Part shown: positions 28,471 to 42,077 of the stretch, in pieces
How positions within the stretch are numbered: position 1 is the stretch's first letter
Layout of the letters: every line of letters starts with the position of its first letter
NCBI GenBank assembly: GCA_951406725.2
Contig: OX597829.1
Span: 35,154,001 to 35,218,000, forward strand
Length of the DNA: 64,000 nucleotides
Reading direction: 5' to 3'
Origin: Octopus vulgaris
Lineage: Eukaryota
The notes under the pieces: model-generated
Told to the model about the DNA's origin: nothing
Database searches by the model: none
What the model saw: only the letters and a program-made list of their open reading frames with translations
Translations under genes and position numbers: made by a program

Positions 28471-28767
28471 ATACATACATACATACATACATACATACAT
28501 ACATACATACATACATACATACATACATACATACATACATACATACATACATAGATACATACATAAATACATACATACATACATACATGCATACATACAT
28601 ACACATGCATACATGCATATACACGTCCATACGCGCGTGCACACGCATACACACTCGTCCACATTCGCCCCTATTCACACATACACACTCACACGCACCA
28701 TTCTCACATATACACTCGCGCTTGCGGACCTTAGTTCGTTGGGGGCCACTGTTACCGTTATTATTAT

Positions 28768-29130
28768 TGAGTGAGGGAGCAGTGCATGCGATCAAAGTGA
28801 CACTGGGGTAAAATATACGAAGCCAAGTATACTCATCACGACTACCCATCTGATAAGGGTACAGTAGGCACATGCATCATAACCATATATGTGCCACATG
28901 GCGATCCCATATCAAGATTAACAGAGCATGATCTTGCAGGTGGGGCCCAGTTAGAATTTTCTTCAGGTCGAGTAGCCCATTCCACTCAAAAAGTTCCTGA
29001 ATAAGGGCTGTTTAAGGATATTGAACAAAGTACCCATGTTTCCAGAGGGGAATTATCCAAACCCCAAAGAATTCCTCTCAACACATGGCTATGAAGCCAT
29101 GAAAGCCACTGCCTGGTACTGCATCAGGGC

Positions 29131-29131
<1 letters not shown>
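28768..29131 (-). mobile_element. family B (TAA)n-embedded element, internally deleted copy
   Basis: same termini as 16886-17443, with about 195 bp missing after 'acatggctatga'. Confidence 0.8.
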
Positions 29132-29173
<42 letters not shown>

Positions 29174-29426
29174 GTTGTTATTATTATTATTATTATTATC
29201 TCTCTTTCATCCAACCTCTTTTTTAGTCATCTTTCTATTTTGGACCGTTGAACTCTGCACATTTTTCTCTGTACGTTTTTTCCATTCTCTCTCCATTTTC
29301 CCTCTTAATCCATTCTGTCGAAAAGCGTAGACTCGAAACGCGAATAACTTTTCCATTCTTCCCGAGCATCTGTCTGTTGTTCCTACACCTGTCTTCGTCT
29401 TTCGTTTTCTGTAAATTTGAACTATA

Positions 29427-29476
<50 letters not shown>

Positions 29477-29748
29477 AATTAAGGACTGAACACGAAAAGT
29501 GGACAGTCAACATGCTAGATATAGACATCAAATCGTTCAGTCCTTAATTGGTATATATAAATATTTTAATCTTCGGATTCTTTTTTAATATGCTAGACCA
29601 CTGGTTTTAATTGATAAATATCAATTTCAACCCTTAATTAATTTTATATATATATATATAATAATAATATTAGGGAATAAATCCAAACTTACAGGGAAAA
29701 ATGAGATTTAGGATTAAATCCAATTTTATAGTATAAATATATTATATT

Positions 29749-30185
29749 ATATTATATTAAATTAGAGATAAAACCACTATTAGGCAAATCAAACAGTGAA
29801 AAACATGAGCCAATACATAAAATTATTTAAAAATATAAAAGTTAAAAATAAAAAATAAAAAATTATTTAAATAATTTAAACTTATAAATTTTATATATAT
29901 ATACAAATATATATATGTATGTATATTTTTATACTTATATATTATTTAATTAATTAATTTTTTTTAAAATAAATAAATTAATTAATAAATTAAAATAATA
30001 TATAAATATAAAAATATACATACATATATATATATATTTGTATATATATAAAATTTATAAGTTTAAATTATTTAAATAATTTTTATTTTTAACTTTTATA
30101 TTTTTAAATAATTTTATGTATTGGCTCATGTTTTTCACTGTTTGATTTGCCTAATAGTGGTTTTATCGCTAATTTAATATAATAT
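29749..30185. repeat. about 435-bp near-perfect AT-rich palindrome
   Basis: aaccactattaggcaaatcaaacagtgaaaaacatgagccaataca... mirrored about a centre near 29967. Confidence 0.92.
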
Positions 30186-30296
30186 ATATATAACTTTAAT
30201 CCACACATTAAAACACAAATAGAAAACACAACAACGCGAGGACGTGAAACAAGTATAGTGTTATTGGACGGTCAGGAAAACGAAAGAAAGAAGGAC

Positions 30297-30332
30297 GATT
30301 TAACGTTTCGAGCGGAGCTCTTCGTCAGAATC
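30297..30332 (-). ncRNA. minimal hammerhead motif (CUGACGA)
   Basis: rc: gatt ctgacga a gagc tcc gctc gaaa cg tt aaatc. Confidence 0.65.
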
Positions 30333-30404
30333 ATAGGAAAAGGAAAGATCCAATGAAGGGAAGACGAAGGGAAAAATCGCCAACGATACACACGATACAT
30401 ATAT

Positions 30405-31474
30405 ATATATTAATAATATATTATTATTAATATTAAAAATCAGTATCAAAACTTCTCAGAAAGATATACACGTGTGAAAAATAATTGTTGCATAAAAAAT
30501 ATGTAAATAAATAAATATAAATATGCTTAAAAATATATGTAAATATGTATAAGTATGAATACATAATGTATATGACAGCTTAAAAGTTTTGAATTAAGAA
30601 TTTAAAGAATCTTACGATCGTTTCACAGAAGAGTTGTCCCTATAATGAAATCCTATATTGATAAGCATTTATGAACAACGCTTCTGCTCTTCAGAGATAT
30701 AAAATTTGAATTCTGTATAACATATCAAATGGTAGTTTCTTTTTTTAAATTTGAAGTAATATTATAAAATGGTGTTAGTTTGAAACATAAATTAAAAATT
30801 AAAAATTAATGCCTTTGATGAGAGTCTTTAAATCCATATATATACTTTTTTGGTTATTCTTCTGCAATAATCTATAATAGTCATATGTAAAATCCGTTAT
30901 ATTATCTTGTATTCCAAATATATTTCATACAGTTAATTTAGAAATGTGAAATTTGTATATACTTTAGTATGAGAATCTTGAAAGTCATAAATGTCTTCTT
31001 GGTAATTCCTCGGTAGAAATCCATAATACTTTTGTATAAAATTCATTATATTATTCGGTAATCCAAATATAGTTCATAATACAAAATCAAATTATATTTT
31101 AAATTATATGTAAAGTTATAAAATTATAAATTGGTCAAAATATTTCTTTTATATTATTATTTTTATAATTGGAAGATGCCAATTAAAAGTTTAGATTTTT
31201 AAATTTAATGCAATTATAACTGTCCATTTGTTATAGATTAGATGTACCCGGGTTCTAATTCCAAGAATATCTATTCAATCTTTATTTAATGTATAATTTA
31301 TAATTTATGTCTTCTAAATTTACTTATAGTCAAATAATTCTAATCAGTTTATCTATCTATCTATTTGTAAGTATCACCCTTTTAATACAACAGTTATTTT
31401 TCACACGTGTATATCTTTCTGAGGAGTTTTGATATTGATTTCCTAATATTAATAATAATATATTATTAAATATA

Positions 31475-31475
<1 letters not shown>
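30405..31475 (-). mobile_element. PLE-type insertion with about 85-bp inverted termini and an internal hammerhead
   Basis: 30405-30490 pairs with 31388-31475 (ctcagaaagatatacacgtgtgaaaaataa); HHR at 30609-30698. Confidence 0.7.
30609..30698 (-). ncRNA. type I hammerhead with intact core and extended stem II
   Basis: rc: atct ctgaaga gcagaag...cttctgt gaaa cgatcg ta agat. Confidence 0.85.
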
Positions 31476-31506
<31 letters not shown>

Positions 31507-31620
31507 ATCGCTCGTATTAAATATATAAATACTTTAATTTAATAGTATTAACACTTTGATACCATAGAGCACTCAATATAAATTCAGTATATAATATTTT
31601 CATTGAATATATTTAACTAA

Positions 31621-31699
<79 letters not shown>

Positions 31700-31959
31700 A
31701 GTTTAAACGAATATATTATCCGGGCGGATACCGCGGTAACTCTCAGTTGCATTCCACGTTACGGCTAACTGCATAAATTAGTATTTAACGTCTATGACTA
31801 CTCGAAGTTGTCACCCTCGCTGTAAATTCCTTCGTAGTGTAATTCCGTGTTCACTTCACTGGATGGTCATATTATTTGGAGTGTATATTAACTATAATTA
31901 TAACGATCAAGAATATGGAGACTAGTATGTACCAGTCTCTATATTCTCTATCGTTATAA

Positions 31960-33270
31960 TTTGGTACATCCGCAAAATATATTCCTTTTTATTTTACAAT
32001 GTCATACACAGGAGTGGCTGTGTGGTAAGTAGCTTGCTAACCAACCACATGGTTCCGGGTTCAGTCCCACTGCGTGGCATCTTGGGCAAGTGTCTTCTGC
32101 TATAGCCCCGGGCCGACCAATGCCTTGTGAGTGGATTTGGTAGACGGAAACTGAAAGAAGCCTGTCGTATACATGTATATATATATGTGTTTGTGTGTCT
32201 GTGTTTGTCCCCCTAGCATTGCCTAACAACCGATGCTGGTGTGTTTACGTCCCCGTCACTTAGCGGTTCGGCAAAAGAGACCGATAGAATAAGTACTGGG
32301 CTTACAAAGAATAAGTTCCGGGGTCGATTTGCTCGACTAAAGGCGGTGCTCCAGCATGGCCGCAGTCAAATGACTGAAACAACTAAAAGACTAACATATT
32401 TTTATGGTTACAACGACCTACACGTGTCTTCACTGCTCCCCAGAGTATGGGCAGTTGCAATATTCAACCGGGTATAAATTTTCTGTGCAGCTTCTTTCAG
32501 GGTCTTTCAACCAGCTTGGCTTAAAGTGAACTAAATTCAGTTAGTTGTTTGTTAGTTTAGGATTCAGGAGGAAGTGAGGAGAGGTTTTTTTTGAACCTGA
32601 AATCTGATCCGGTTTGCAAACTTTCGTGGTTGATCTCAGTTTCAAAACCAGTTGCTGGCCGAAGTCAGGATTCTATCTAATTTATGTTACTGTTTTGGTA
32701 GGTTTCTTTGCGTATTGTAGTATAGTTCTTGGAATGTAGTGTAGTCTAGGAGATTCAGTTCTATGTTATGTTCTTAGTTATTCCAATATTTTCCTGGATA
32801 GTAGAAAGAAAAAGAAATATATACTAGGTTGGTTAAGAAAAGGCCATGTAGTTGGGGAGTTTCAGACATGCGCTTCCATCTTCACTTTACTAAACATCTG
32901 TGGGTGGGATATTGAAGTTACCTAGAAAGTGTGTCAGATTTCTTAAGGTTTTGGTATGCTTACGTAAGCATCTTAGGGCCTGTTCCAGTCTGCTATTAAG
33001 TATTTTGTGTCTTGATGTAAAGATTTGGTACAGTTCTATATATAACATCAATTTCCCTCTGTTCCACAACAAACAACTAACTGAACTCAGTTCGCTTCGA
33101 GTCAAGCTGGTGGAAAGACCTTGAAAGAAGCTACACAGAAAATTATACCCGGTTGCATATGCAATTACCCATACTCTGTGCAGTAGAAACACGTAAGGGT
33201 CGTCGTAACCATAAAGATATGCCGTACGACATTGTTAAATAAATGGAATAAATTTAGAGGATGTACTAGT
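31960..33270. mobile_element. PLE-type insertion with about 200-bp inverted termini; left arm split by a SINE; variant HHR in each arm
   Basis: 31960-32006 plus 32393-32552 pair with 33067-33270; rc of left arm: gacc ctgaaaga a gctgc...gcagt gaaga cacgtg ta ggtc. Confidence 0.75.
32007..32391 (+). mobile_element. long tRNA SINE (octopus OK-like) with internal (TA)/(TG) tract
   Basis: caggagtggctgtgtggtaag (A box), ggttcagtccc (B box), cttgggcaagt core; five copies in window. Confidence 0.92.
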
Positions 33271-33299
33271 CCCCATATTCTCTACCATTATAATTACTG

Positions 33300-33357
<58 letters not shown>

Positions 33358-34074
33358 AAACACATGCATGTATAAATAGGAGATAGTGGCACAACAAGGT
33401 ACCGATTTTTGCTGGAAATAGCATGTGACTCGAAACTTTTGTATCCATGGTGGAGCTGTCTATGTATGTATATATGTTATCTTATATGTATATAGGTATA
33501 TTTATATAGCTATATATGTGTATTCTTTATATGAGTATATTTTTGCCTATATATATGGATACACACATATATATATATATATACATATAAGATATAACAT
33601 ATACATACACACACACATACATATATATACATATATACATATATTTTATCTATCCCTCTCCATTATTTTACTTCTTAATAATTAATATTGCTTAACTTCT
33701 ATACACCCCCCCCCACACACACACTCACACACACATATATGTATATATATCAGACTGCTTATATAGTCTACTCGGCCACCTAACGTGCAGTGACCTTTTA
33801 AATTTTATCCATATTTTCGATACTTACAATAATTATAAATTATCTATGAATACATTTCTTTATATAGCTATCTTATAACGTATTTCTAAACACTATCTTG
33901 ACCATTCCTATCTGTCTTGTAACGTATTTCTAACCTCTTTCTTGACTAATGCAGCCCATTATTACTCATATCTATTTACCTTATATAGTTTAATGTCCCT
34001 CATCTACCATAATAATTTATGTTACCCTGTCTTCCTTTTCCTAACCCTAATTTTTTACTTTCATTCTATTCATA

Positions 34075-34308
34075 TACTCTTTTACTCTTTACTCTTTTAC
34101 TTGTTTCAGTCATTTGACTGCGGCCATGTTGGAGCACCGCCTTTAGTCGAGCAAATCGACGCCAGGACTTATTCTTTGTAAGCCCAGTACTTATTCTATC
34201 GGTCTCTTTTGCCGAACCGCTAAGTGACGAGGACGTAAACACACCAGCATCGGTTGTCAAGCAATGCTAGGGGGACAAACACAGACACAAAAACACACAA
34301 ACACGCAC

Positions 34309-34367
<59 letters not shown>

Positions 34368-34530
34368 CGACAGGCTTCTTTCAGTTTCCGTCTACCAAAT
34401 CCACTCACAAGGCATTGGTCGTCCGAGGCTATAGCAGAAGACACTTGCGCAAGATGCTACGCAGTGGAACTGAACCCGGAACCATGTGGTTGGTTAGCAA
34501 GCTACTTACCACACAGCCACTCCTGCGCCT
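34075..34530 (-). mobile_element. long tRNA SINE (OK-like)
   Basis: full-length reverse copy. Confidence 0.92.
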
Positions 34531-34871
34531 ATGTTGATATTAATCCCTATATTTCGTAAACACAGCATCTACAAACTCCTCTTTCATTTCATTATTTCCT
34601 CTCGCTTATATTATTACTTTTAGATTACTAGTGTTAAAATATATGACTCTCTCCGTCTATGTCACATTTTATAAAATCTTCCCTTCCACCACCATAACCC
34701 ACTGTTTACTTTCTAATATCTTACTGAATCTCTCTCCTCCTTCGTATTGAAAACTGTTTTATTATTATCATTTATTAATTATTGTCTTCCGTTCATAATT
34801 ATTTCCAAGATATCTTCCTGCTTTTGTATGTAAATATTGAGTTGATGAATGGATGTAACTATGATATTCAT

Positions 34872-35030
34872 TGATCTGAAGAGCAAGCTTTCTTTACCTG
34901 CATCACATTATAAATTGTACAATAGTACTGTATAATTATAATATATACGCTGATGCAGACATGTAAAATAATTTATTATACAATAAAATAAATGATTTTT
35001 CCGATGTTGGCAGCGAAACGATCGTCATCA
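34872..35030 (+). ncRNA. type I hammerhead with about 130-nt stem II insert
   Basis: tgat ctgaaga gc...gc gaaa cgatcg tc atca; decayed paralogue at 57625-57785. Confidence 0.7.
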
Positions 35031-35142
35031 TATGGATATCAACTGATGAAATAAATAAATAGATATATTCATCTCATACCATCTTTCTTTCTTTCTTTCT
35101 TTCTTTTTTCTTTCTTATATATATATATATATATATATATAT

Positions 35143-35557
35143 AGGCGCAGGAGTGGCTGTGTGGTAAGTAGCTTGTTTACCAACCACATGGTTCCGGGTT
35201 CAGTCCCACTGCGTGGCATCTTGGGCGAGTGTCTTCAGCTATAGCCCCGGGCCGACCAACGCCTTGTGAGTGGATTTGGTAGACGGAAAGTGTAAGAAGC
35301 CTGTCGTATATATGTATATATATATGTGTGTGTTTGTGTGTCTGTGTTTGTCCCCCTAGCATTGCTTGACAACCGATGCTGGTGTGTTTACGTCCCCGTT
35401 ACTTAGCGGTTCGGCAAAAAAGAGACCGATAGAATAAGTACTGGGCTTACAAAGAATAAGTCCCGGGGTCGATTTGCTCGACTAAAGGCGGTGCTCCAGC
35501 ATGGCCGCAGTCAAATGACTGAAACAAGTAAAAAGAGTAAAAAAAGAGAAAAAGAGT
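35143..35557 (+). mobile_element. long tRNA SINE (OK-like)
   Basis: full-length copy inserted in (TA)n. Confidence 0.93.
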
Positions 35558-35568
35558 ATATATATATA

Positions 35569-35607
<39 letters not shown>

Positions 35608-35783
35608 ACACACACAATCACACATACATACATTATTTATATAGAATACAGCACATTTCAGAAAATCTGAGCTATGTATAAAGTACATTTCCCAATAGTT
35701 ATTTATTTGAAAGCCTTATCAGTGGGATTTGAAATGATGTGAAAACATCCTAATGTTATCTAAGGAAACAGAAAAAATAATGT

Positions 35784-35823
35784 TCTTACAGATCTGTTTC
35801 AGGATAATTATAATCATCAGAGA
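35784..35823 (-). ncRNA. hammerhead motif, intact core, collapsed stem II
   Basis: rc: tct ctgatga ttataattatcct gaaa cagatctg ta aga. Confidence 0.55.
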
Positions 35824-36301
35824 CACTGCTTTTCCACACTGCCCGAGAACTTTAAATATAAATTGTTATACATTACAGTAGCTTATTAGGATCAATAAAT
35901 AGCAACGTTGCATGTATGCATATATATCATTTAATTTATTACGGTTCTGACTAATGTTTTTTTATGCAAATCAGGATGAGTATTGACATCATAACCCGAG
36001 GAAGCAGAGTGTTTAGATTATTGGGTTTAGGATCATTAAATCGTCGGTTCGATTCCTTGGCTGGGTGATGTGTGGTGTTGTACCTTTGATCAAGACACTT
36101 ATTTTTCCTTTTGCTGAAATGAGTTGAAGACTAGCTCTAATGCTGCTCCCTCTCCTTCCAGCAGTCACATTCTCACTGTTTGACTGAGTACGAGAAGTAC
36201 GAGGACCGAGAGGGTATCAATGTCTGCACGTAATTATATATGCGAAAGCATGGTACATGCTAACAGGTCGTAATAGTTAGCAAGAGTTTTATGTTTATAT
36301 A

Positions 36302-36483
<182 letters not shown>

Positions 36484-36527
36484 TACGAAGTCGAGGCAAA
36501 TATCACCAGCGACCGGTGTCTGCTACT

Positions 36528-36571
36528 CTAGGCCGATGAAGGACAACGATCCTGAAACACGGTGTCCCTAG
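36528..36571 (+). ncRNA. type I hammerhead, CCGAUGA core, all stems perfect
   Basis: ctagg ccgatga agga caacga tcct gaaa cac g gtg tc cctag. Confidence 0.85.
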
Positions 36572-36796
36572 ATGCAGTTCCGGCAGCCGGGGGTGTTTGT
36601 CTCCCCTTCGTATATGTATATAAGGACACAGGGAAAAAATGTGTCAAAGCTATCAGGAGGCGTTCGATGCTTCCTAGGGCTATACAGCGGTGGTGTACCC
36701 CCTACTGTCACGTTCTTGTTAGATTGACAGTATACAACCATTCTATCGCCCCACCACCGTACATGTCTCTACGAGAGATTTAGAAATTCAATATTT

Positions 36797-36869
<73 letters not shown>

Positions 36870-37432
36870 TTCTCAGTGCTTATGACGATATCCGGCGGTA
36901 ATGTAATAAGTAACTACGAGATGTTTAAGCTACATTGGTCGAATGTCTGCTGTTAATGTAGTTATATACAAATAGAAAGCAGTAGATGGTTCCTTGTAGA
37001 TATTTAGAGACGACCCTATACACTCTACGTTCGAATCCTATAGATGTTAGCTATATATTTATTACCTCTTAAATTGATAAACTGAGAATCAAGCTTGTTT
37101 TAATTCGATTAGATCCCATTTTTTTCAAATATGTGGTCCCATATCAATGCAAGATAAAATTGAATGTCAACTTGTGTAATGCAAGATTTTTTCCTTTTTC
37201 TGGTATATCTGTTACTTTATAAAGACTTGTCATGTTTTGCAACATCAGTAGAAACAGCATTAATAGTGTAACTACTAGCGGTGTTGGCAATAACAGTGAA
37301 CGTGCATTGCGGTATAGTAATTGATATGGGCATATTTATGGAGTGTTAGTATAAAGCTAAATACTTTATAACCAACATTAAAACAGTATATCATAGAGAT
37401 GCAGATTACAAAAAAGTATGTAAGGATCTATC

Positions 37433-37529
<97 letters not shown>

Positions 37530-38266
37530 CCTTTTTTCTCCTCCTCTCCCACTGTATCTATGTTTCATTTTTTTTACACTCGCTTCTCTGTTCATCTCTG
37601 CTCCATCCCCTCATGTTTTCTGCTCCTAAGTCATGCAGCTTTCACAAGTCATTAAACATTTCCCCCATTGTTTCTTTAGTCTGAATGTTTAAGATATTTA
37701 ATGTATTTTGCGTAAATGTTTCCATTTTCCATACCAAAAATATTTACACTCCGAAAACAAAATACCATCCCTCCCCGAAAAAAGAAAGAAAGAAAAATAA
37801 ATAAACTATAAATAAAAACGTTGAAACACAATTGGAAAAAAGAACCCCCAAATGAAAAGAAAGCAAAACAAACAAAAACCCAGAATAAAAAAAATGTACA
37901 CGTAACGAAACGAAAAGTACAATAACACATGAATTCACATTTTGAACGACCCCTGTGTCAGCAGACACACAGATCAAAGAATTGCAGATTTCGTTGCATC
38001 GTTGGCATTTCATCTGTTTATTATTTTAGCATAAAAGATCTCCAAACTCAATAAATACAAAAAAAAAAAGCCAACGAAAAGAAAAAAAAGCGCTGCACAG
38101 ATTTATAGAGTTAATGTGGGACACATCAAATGGTTATTCTCTTTCAGTCTTTGTATTTATTTATGTTATTTTCATATTTCAAAAAAAATCAAACTAAAAA
38201 AAATGCGACAGCAGAAATAGTAGCTGTGCCTGTGACGACAATGAAAATGACGGCGATGATGACAAT

Positions 38267-38300
<34 letters not shown>

Positions 38301-38511
38301 GCAGCAAGAATAACAACAGTGTGAATATAGAAAAGAACAACACCGGAACAGAAAACATTGACAGCAACAGCAAGAAGAACAAAAACAATAAACAAAAAAA
38401 AAAAACACCCACTCTTCAGCAACAATAGTAGCAACAATAGCAGCAACAACCAAAGTATCAGCAGTTGCAGCAGCAGCAGCAGCAGCACCGCCACCACCAC
38501 CACCATACTAC

Positions 38512-38554
<43 letters not shown>

Positions 38555-39984
38555 AAAAGCAGTGAAACGGAAACAGTAACAAAAACGAACCAAACAAACA
38601 TAAGCAACAAGAGCAAGAACAACACACACTAACCAAAAACAACAACAACAACAAAAACAACAATTATTTGAGGCAGCAACAAAAGCAGCAGCTATAACAA
38701 GAGCAACAACAATAGTAGGAGAGCAGCAGCAATAGATCGGTCGAATGTTCAATATTTTTACAAGTCCCCCCCACCACCACGCCGTCACCGCAAAAAAAAA
38801 CAACAACAACAAAAATAAGTCAACAAAAAACGAAAAAAAACTTAACAGCGGCATATCTCTGAAAGAGCTATCGATATAGACAAGTAGATAGCCAAGTGCC
38901 CAAAGAACAAATAATGAAGACAGAAGTACAGCAACGTCAACAACACAGAGATTTTTAAAGACGTTGTGGTGTGATATAATAAAGATTTAACTGATAATAC
39001 TGCAGGTCGAGTAATCATGTAAAAATTCCTTAGGAGGAACACATATACTTTGCAAAGTAAACTCCAACCGATATAATCCATGCCTCTGCATGCATGATGA
39101 TAATGGCAGTTTCTCGTTGTCCGAGGAAGACGATTGGTTCTGTTATAACCTTTTATGGGTATGCATCTGATGCGGATGACGAATTCTTACGCGTAGATAC
39201 GATTGCAAGTTCGCATGTGCCACACCTTGTTGGGGCGGAGCAGTTGCTTTTCTCAAAGCAAGGTTTGAGACGCTACGAGAACCGCTCGAAATGAAAGTGT
39301 CTTGCGGCACTGAAGTATCGCTAGTGCCACGTGCAATTGCAGACAGTTTGAAGTTCATGTGATTGAAGTTTGGCCCACTTTCTCTTGGACTTTTGGTCGT
39401 TCTTGTACTCTTGGACTGTGCAAGAAACAAGCACATACAAGGCGTCATACAATACTCTTCATATCGGGATGCTAAGTACGGTCCTCTAATAGAGTGTGTA
39501 TGATATATCTGGATATAATACCTGGTCGTAATTGTAACTATTGACGAGCCATACATTGGAGCATTGCTGCACTCCGACAAGAGAATAACCGAAATAAACA
39601 ATGACATTTCGACAGGGGGACCTCTACGCGGTTATTCGATTTGCTAGCAAGAAAAGTAAACAAATTTTCAAATCAAATGCTACTTTCTAAAAGAAGGGGA
39701 AAAGAGTAAACCATATAGTAGATGTCAGTAAATGTATTTAAATATGTCTGAAAACAAAATGGGATCGCCCACAGTCAGAATGATAATCCGACAAGACTTC
39801 CTATACTTACGCGCCGGATAAATACAATAACAGCAGCAGTAGCAGCAGCAACAACAGCAGAAGCAACAGCAGCAGCAATAGTGTATGTATCTATATGAAT
39901 GTATGCTCTTATGCATGTATTTACGTATGTATGCATGTAAAAATGCATGCATGTAGGTATATATGCATGTATATAGATATATAG

Positions 39985-40584
<600 letters not shown>

Positions 40585-40707
40585 GTTTAATACCTCTAAG
40601 GGATAATTAAATCCAAAGTCGCTCCTGGCCATTAACTGGGTGGGTACAGTCTATTGTAAGGTTGTACGGTAGCAGGTAGTTCGGTCGGTAAACCGGAGTT
40701 TAGGTTA

Positions 40708-41396
40708 TATAAGAGAAGAAAATAGATATAATAACAATGGAAAACTTGTGGTTTTCGCTGGTATGTCTTTAATTAAATACATAGCAAAGAAGGAAGAAGC
40801 AGAGATGAGGGTAGCATTTATGATCGTTTCAATTTACTGGTTTAAGTAAATCACTTCAGAATGCGAATGTAGATGGATGCATCGGTTAGGATGCGAAAAT
40901 AATTGATACATATGTGATGGTAATGTAAACAAAGTAATAATTCCTACATCAAACTTTTGTTCCTGTGCTGGTGAATTCGCTGGGTAGAGGTTTGCTTGTG
41001 GTAGATTGGTCAGTTTCGTTAGATAATTAGGGCGGGGTGAGTATTATTTAAGTGTGGGTTTCCTAGTTTGATTAAGCACATTTTTTCGCACGTGTGAATA
41101 CACACGTTGAATATACAGCGAATTCACCAGCGGAAGAACAAAATTTAATGTAAGAATTACCACTTTGTTTACATTACTATCACATATGTATTAATTATTT
41201 TCGCATCCTAACCGATGCATCCATCTATATTCACATCAATCTATATTCGCATTCTGAAGTGATTTACTAAAACCAGTAAATACAAGCGATCATAAATGCT
41301 ACCCTCATCTCTGCTTCTTCCTTCTTTGTTATCTATTTAATTAAAGACAAAGTAGCGAAAACCTCGAGTTTCCCATTGTTATTATATCCATTTTCT

Positions 41397-41402
<6 letters not shown>
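40708..41402. mobile_element. PLE-type fold-back with about 280-bp inverted arms carrying a decayed HHR
   Basis: 40708-40985 pairs with 41115-41402; rc of left arm: gcatt ctgaagt gatttac..gtaaatt gaaa cgatca ta aatgc. Confidence 0.85.
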
Positions 41403-41427
<25 letters not shown>

Positions 41428-41510
41428 ATGGATAATGAAATGAATCACTTTCACAGTGATCGTTATGTATATGGCAAATGAAAGACGGAAGATGGAGTAT
41501 ACAGGAATTT

Positions 41511-41622
41511 ATTATTAACCACGACAATTGTTTCAACACATCTAGCATCGATTCCTCGTGGGTGGGACACTCAAATACTGGAATCGATGCTGGATGTGTC
41601 GAAACAATTGTCGTGATTAATA
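41511..41622. repeat. hairpin with about 44-bp arms containing an HHR 3' half (gaaa caattg tc)
   Basis: ttattaaccacgacaattgtttcaacacatctagcatcgattcc / ggaatcgatgctggatgtgtcgaaacaattgtcgtgattaataa. Confidence 0.85.
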
Positions 41623-41860
41623 ATACATTCTCGTATGTATATATACATATATATATCTACGAGAATTTAATTCAATTTATCCTAAGTCGAAAGACACCTG
41701 TTGTTATGTCCTGTTATTATTTTTATTGTATTTATTATTGTATTTATATTTGTGTAACTTTGTCCGTTTTTCCGTCCTTGTTTTTGTATACATTCGCTGC
41801 TTTCTTCCAAGGAATATAATGCTCTTAGCTTAGTTTTTCCTTGGGGCTGGTCAAATTGGA

Positions 41861-41925
41861 GCAAACTCAAGAATAATCAACCGAAATTGCGTGGATAATC
41901 TGGTTCTTGACTGAGGGTAGAGGGA
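41861..41925 (+). ncRNA. candidate rearranged (non-circularly permuted) hammerhead, diverged family, core decayed
   Basis: gcaa ac tcaagaa taatcaacc gaaa ttgc gtggataatctgg ttcttga ctgaggg. Confidence 0.55.
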
Positions 41926-42034
41926 TTCGAAGGACTCGTCCTTGTTTTCTTTGTATCGTCTATCTGGATGTTTTGTCCCTTTTTGTATCACCTAGCTGTC
42001 CGGATGTTTTGCATTCTTGTCCCATTTTGTATGG

Positions 42035-42074
<40 letters not shown>

Positions 42075-42077
<3 letters not shown>

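Noticed and set aside
38172-38854. 221-aa hydrophobic or Cys-rich ORFs
   Set aside because: Derived from (CAA)n/(CAG)n low-complexity sequence.
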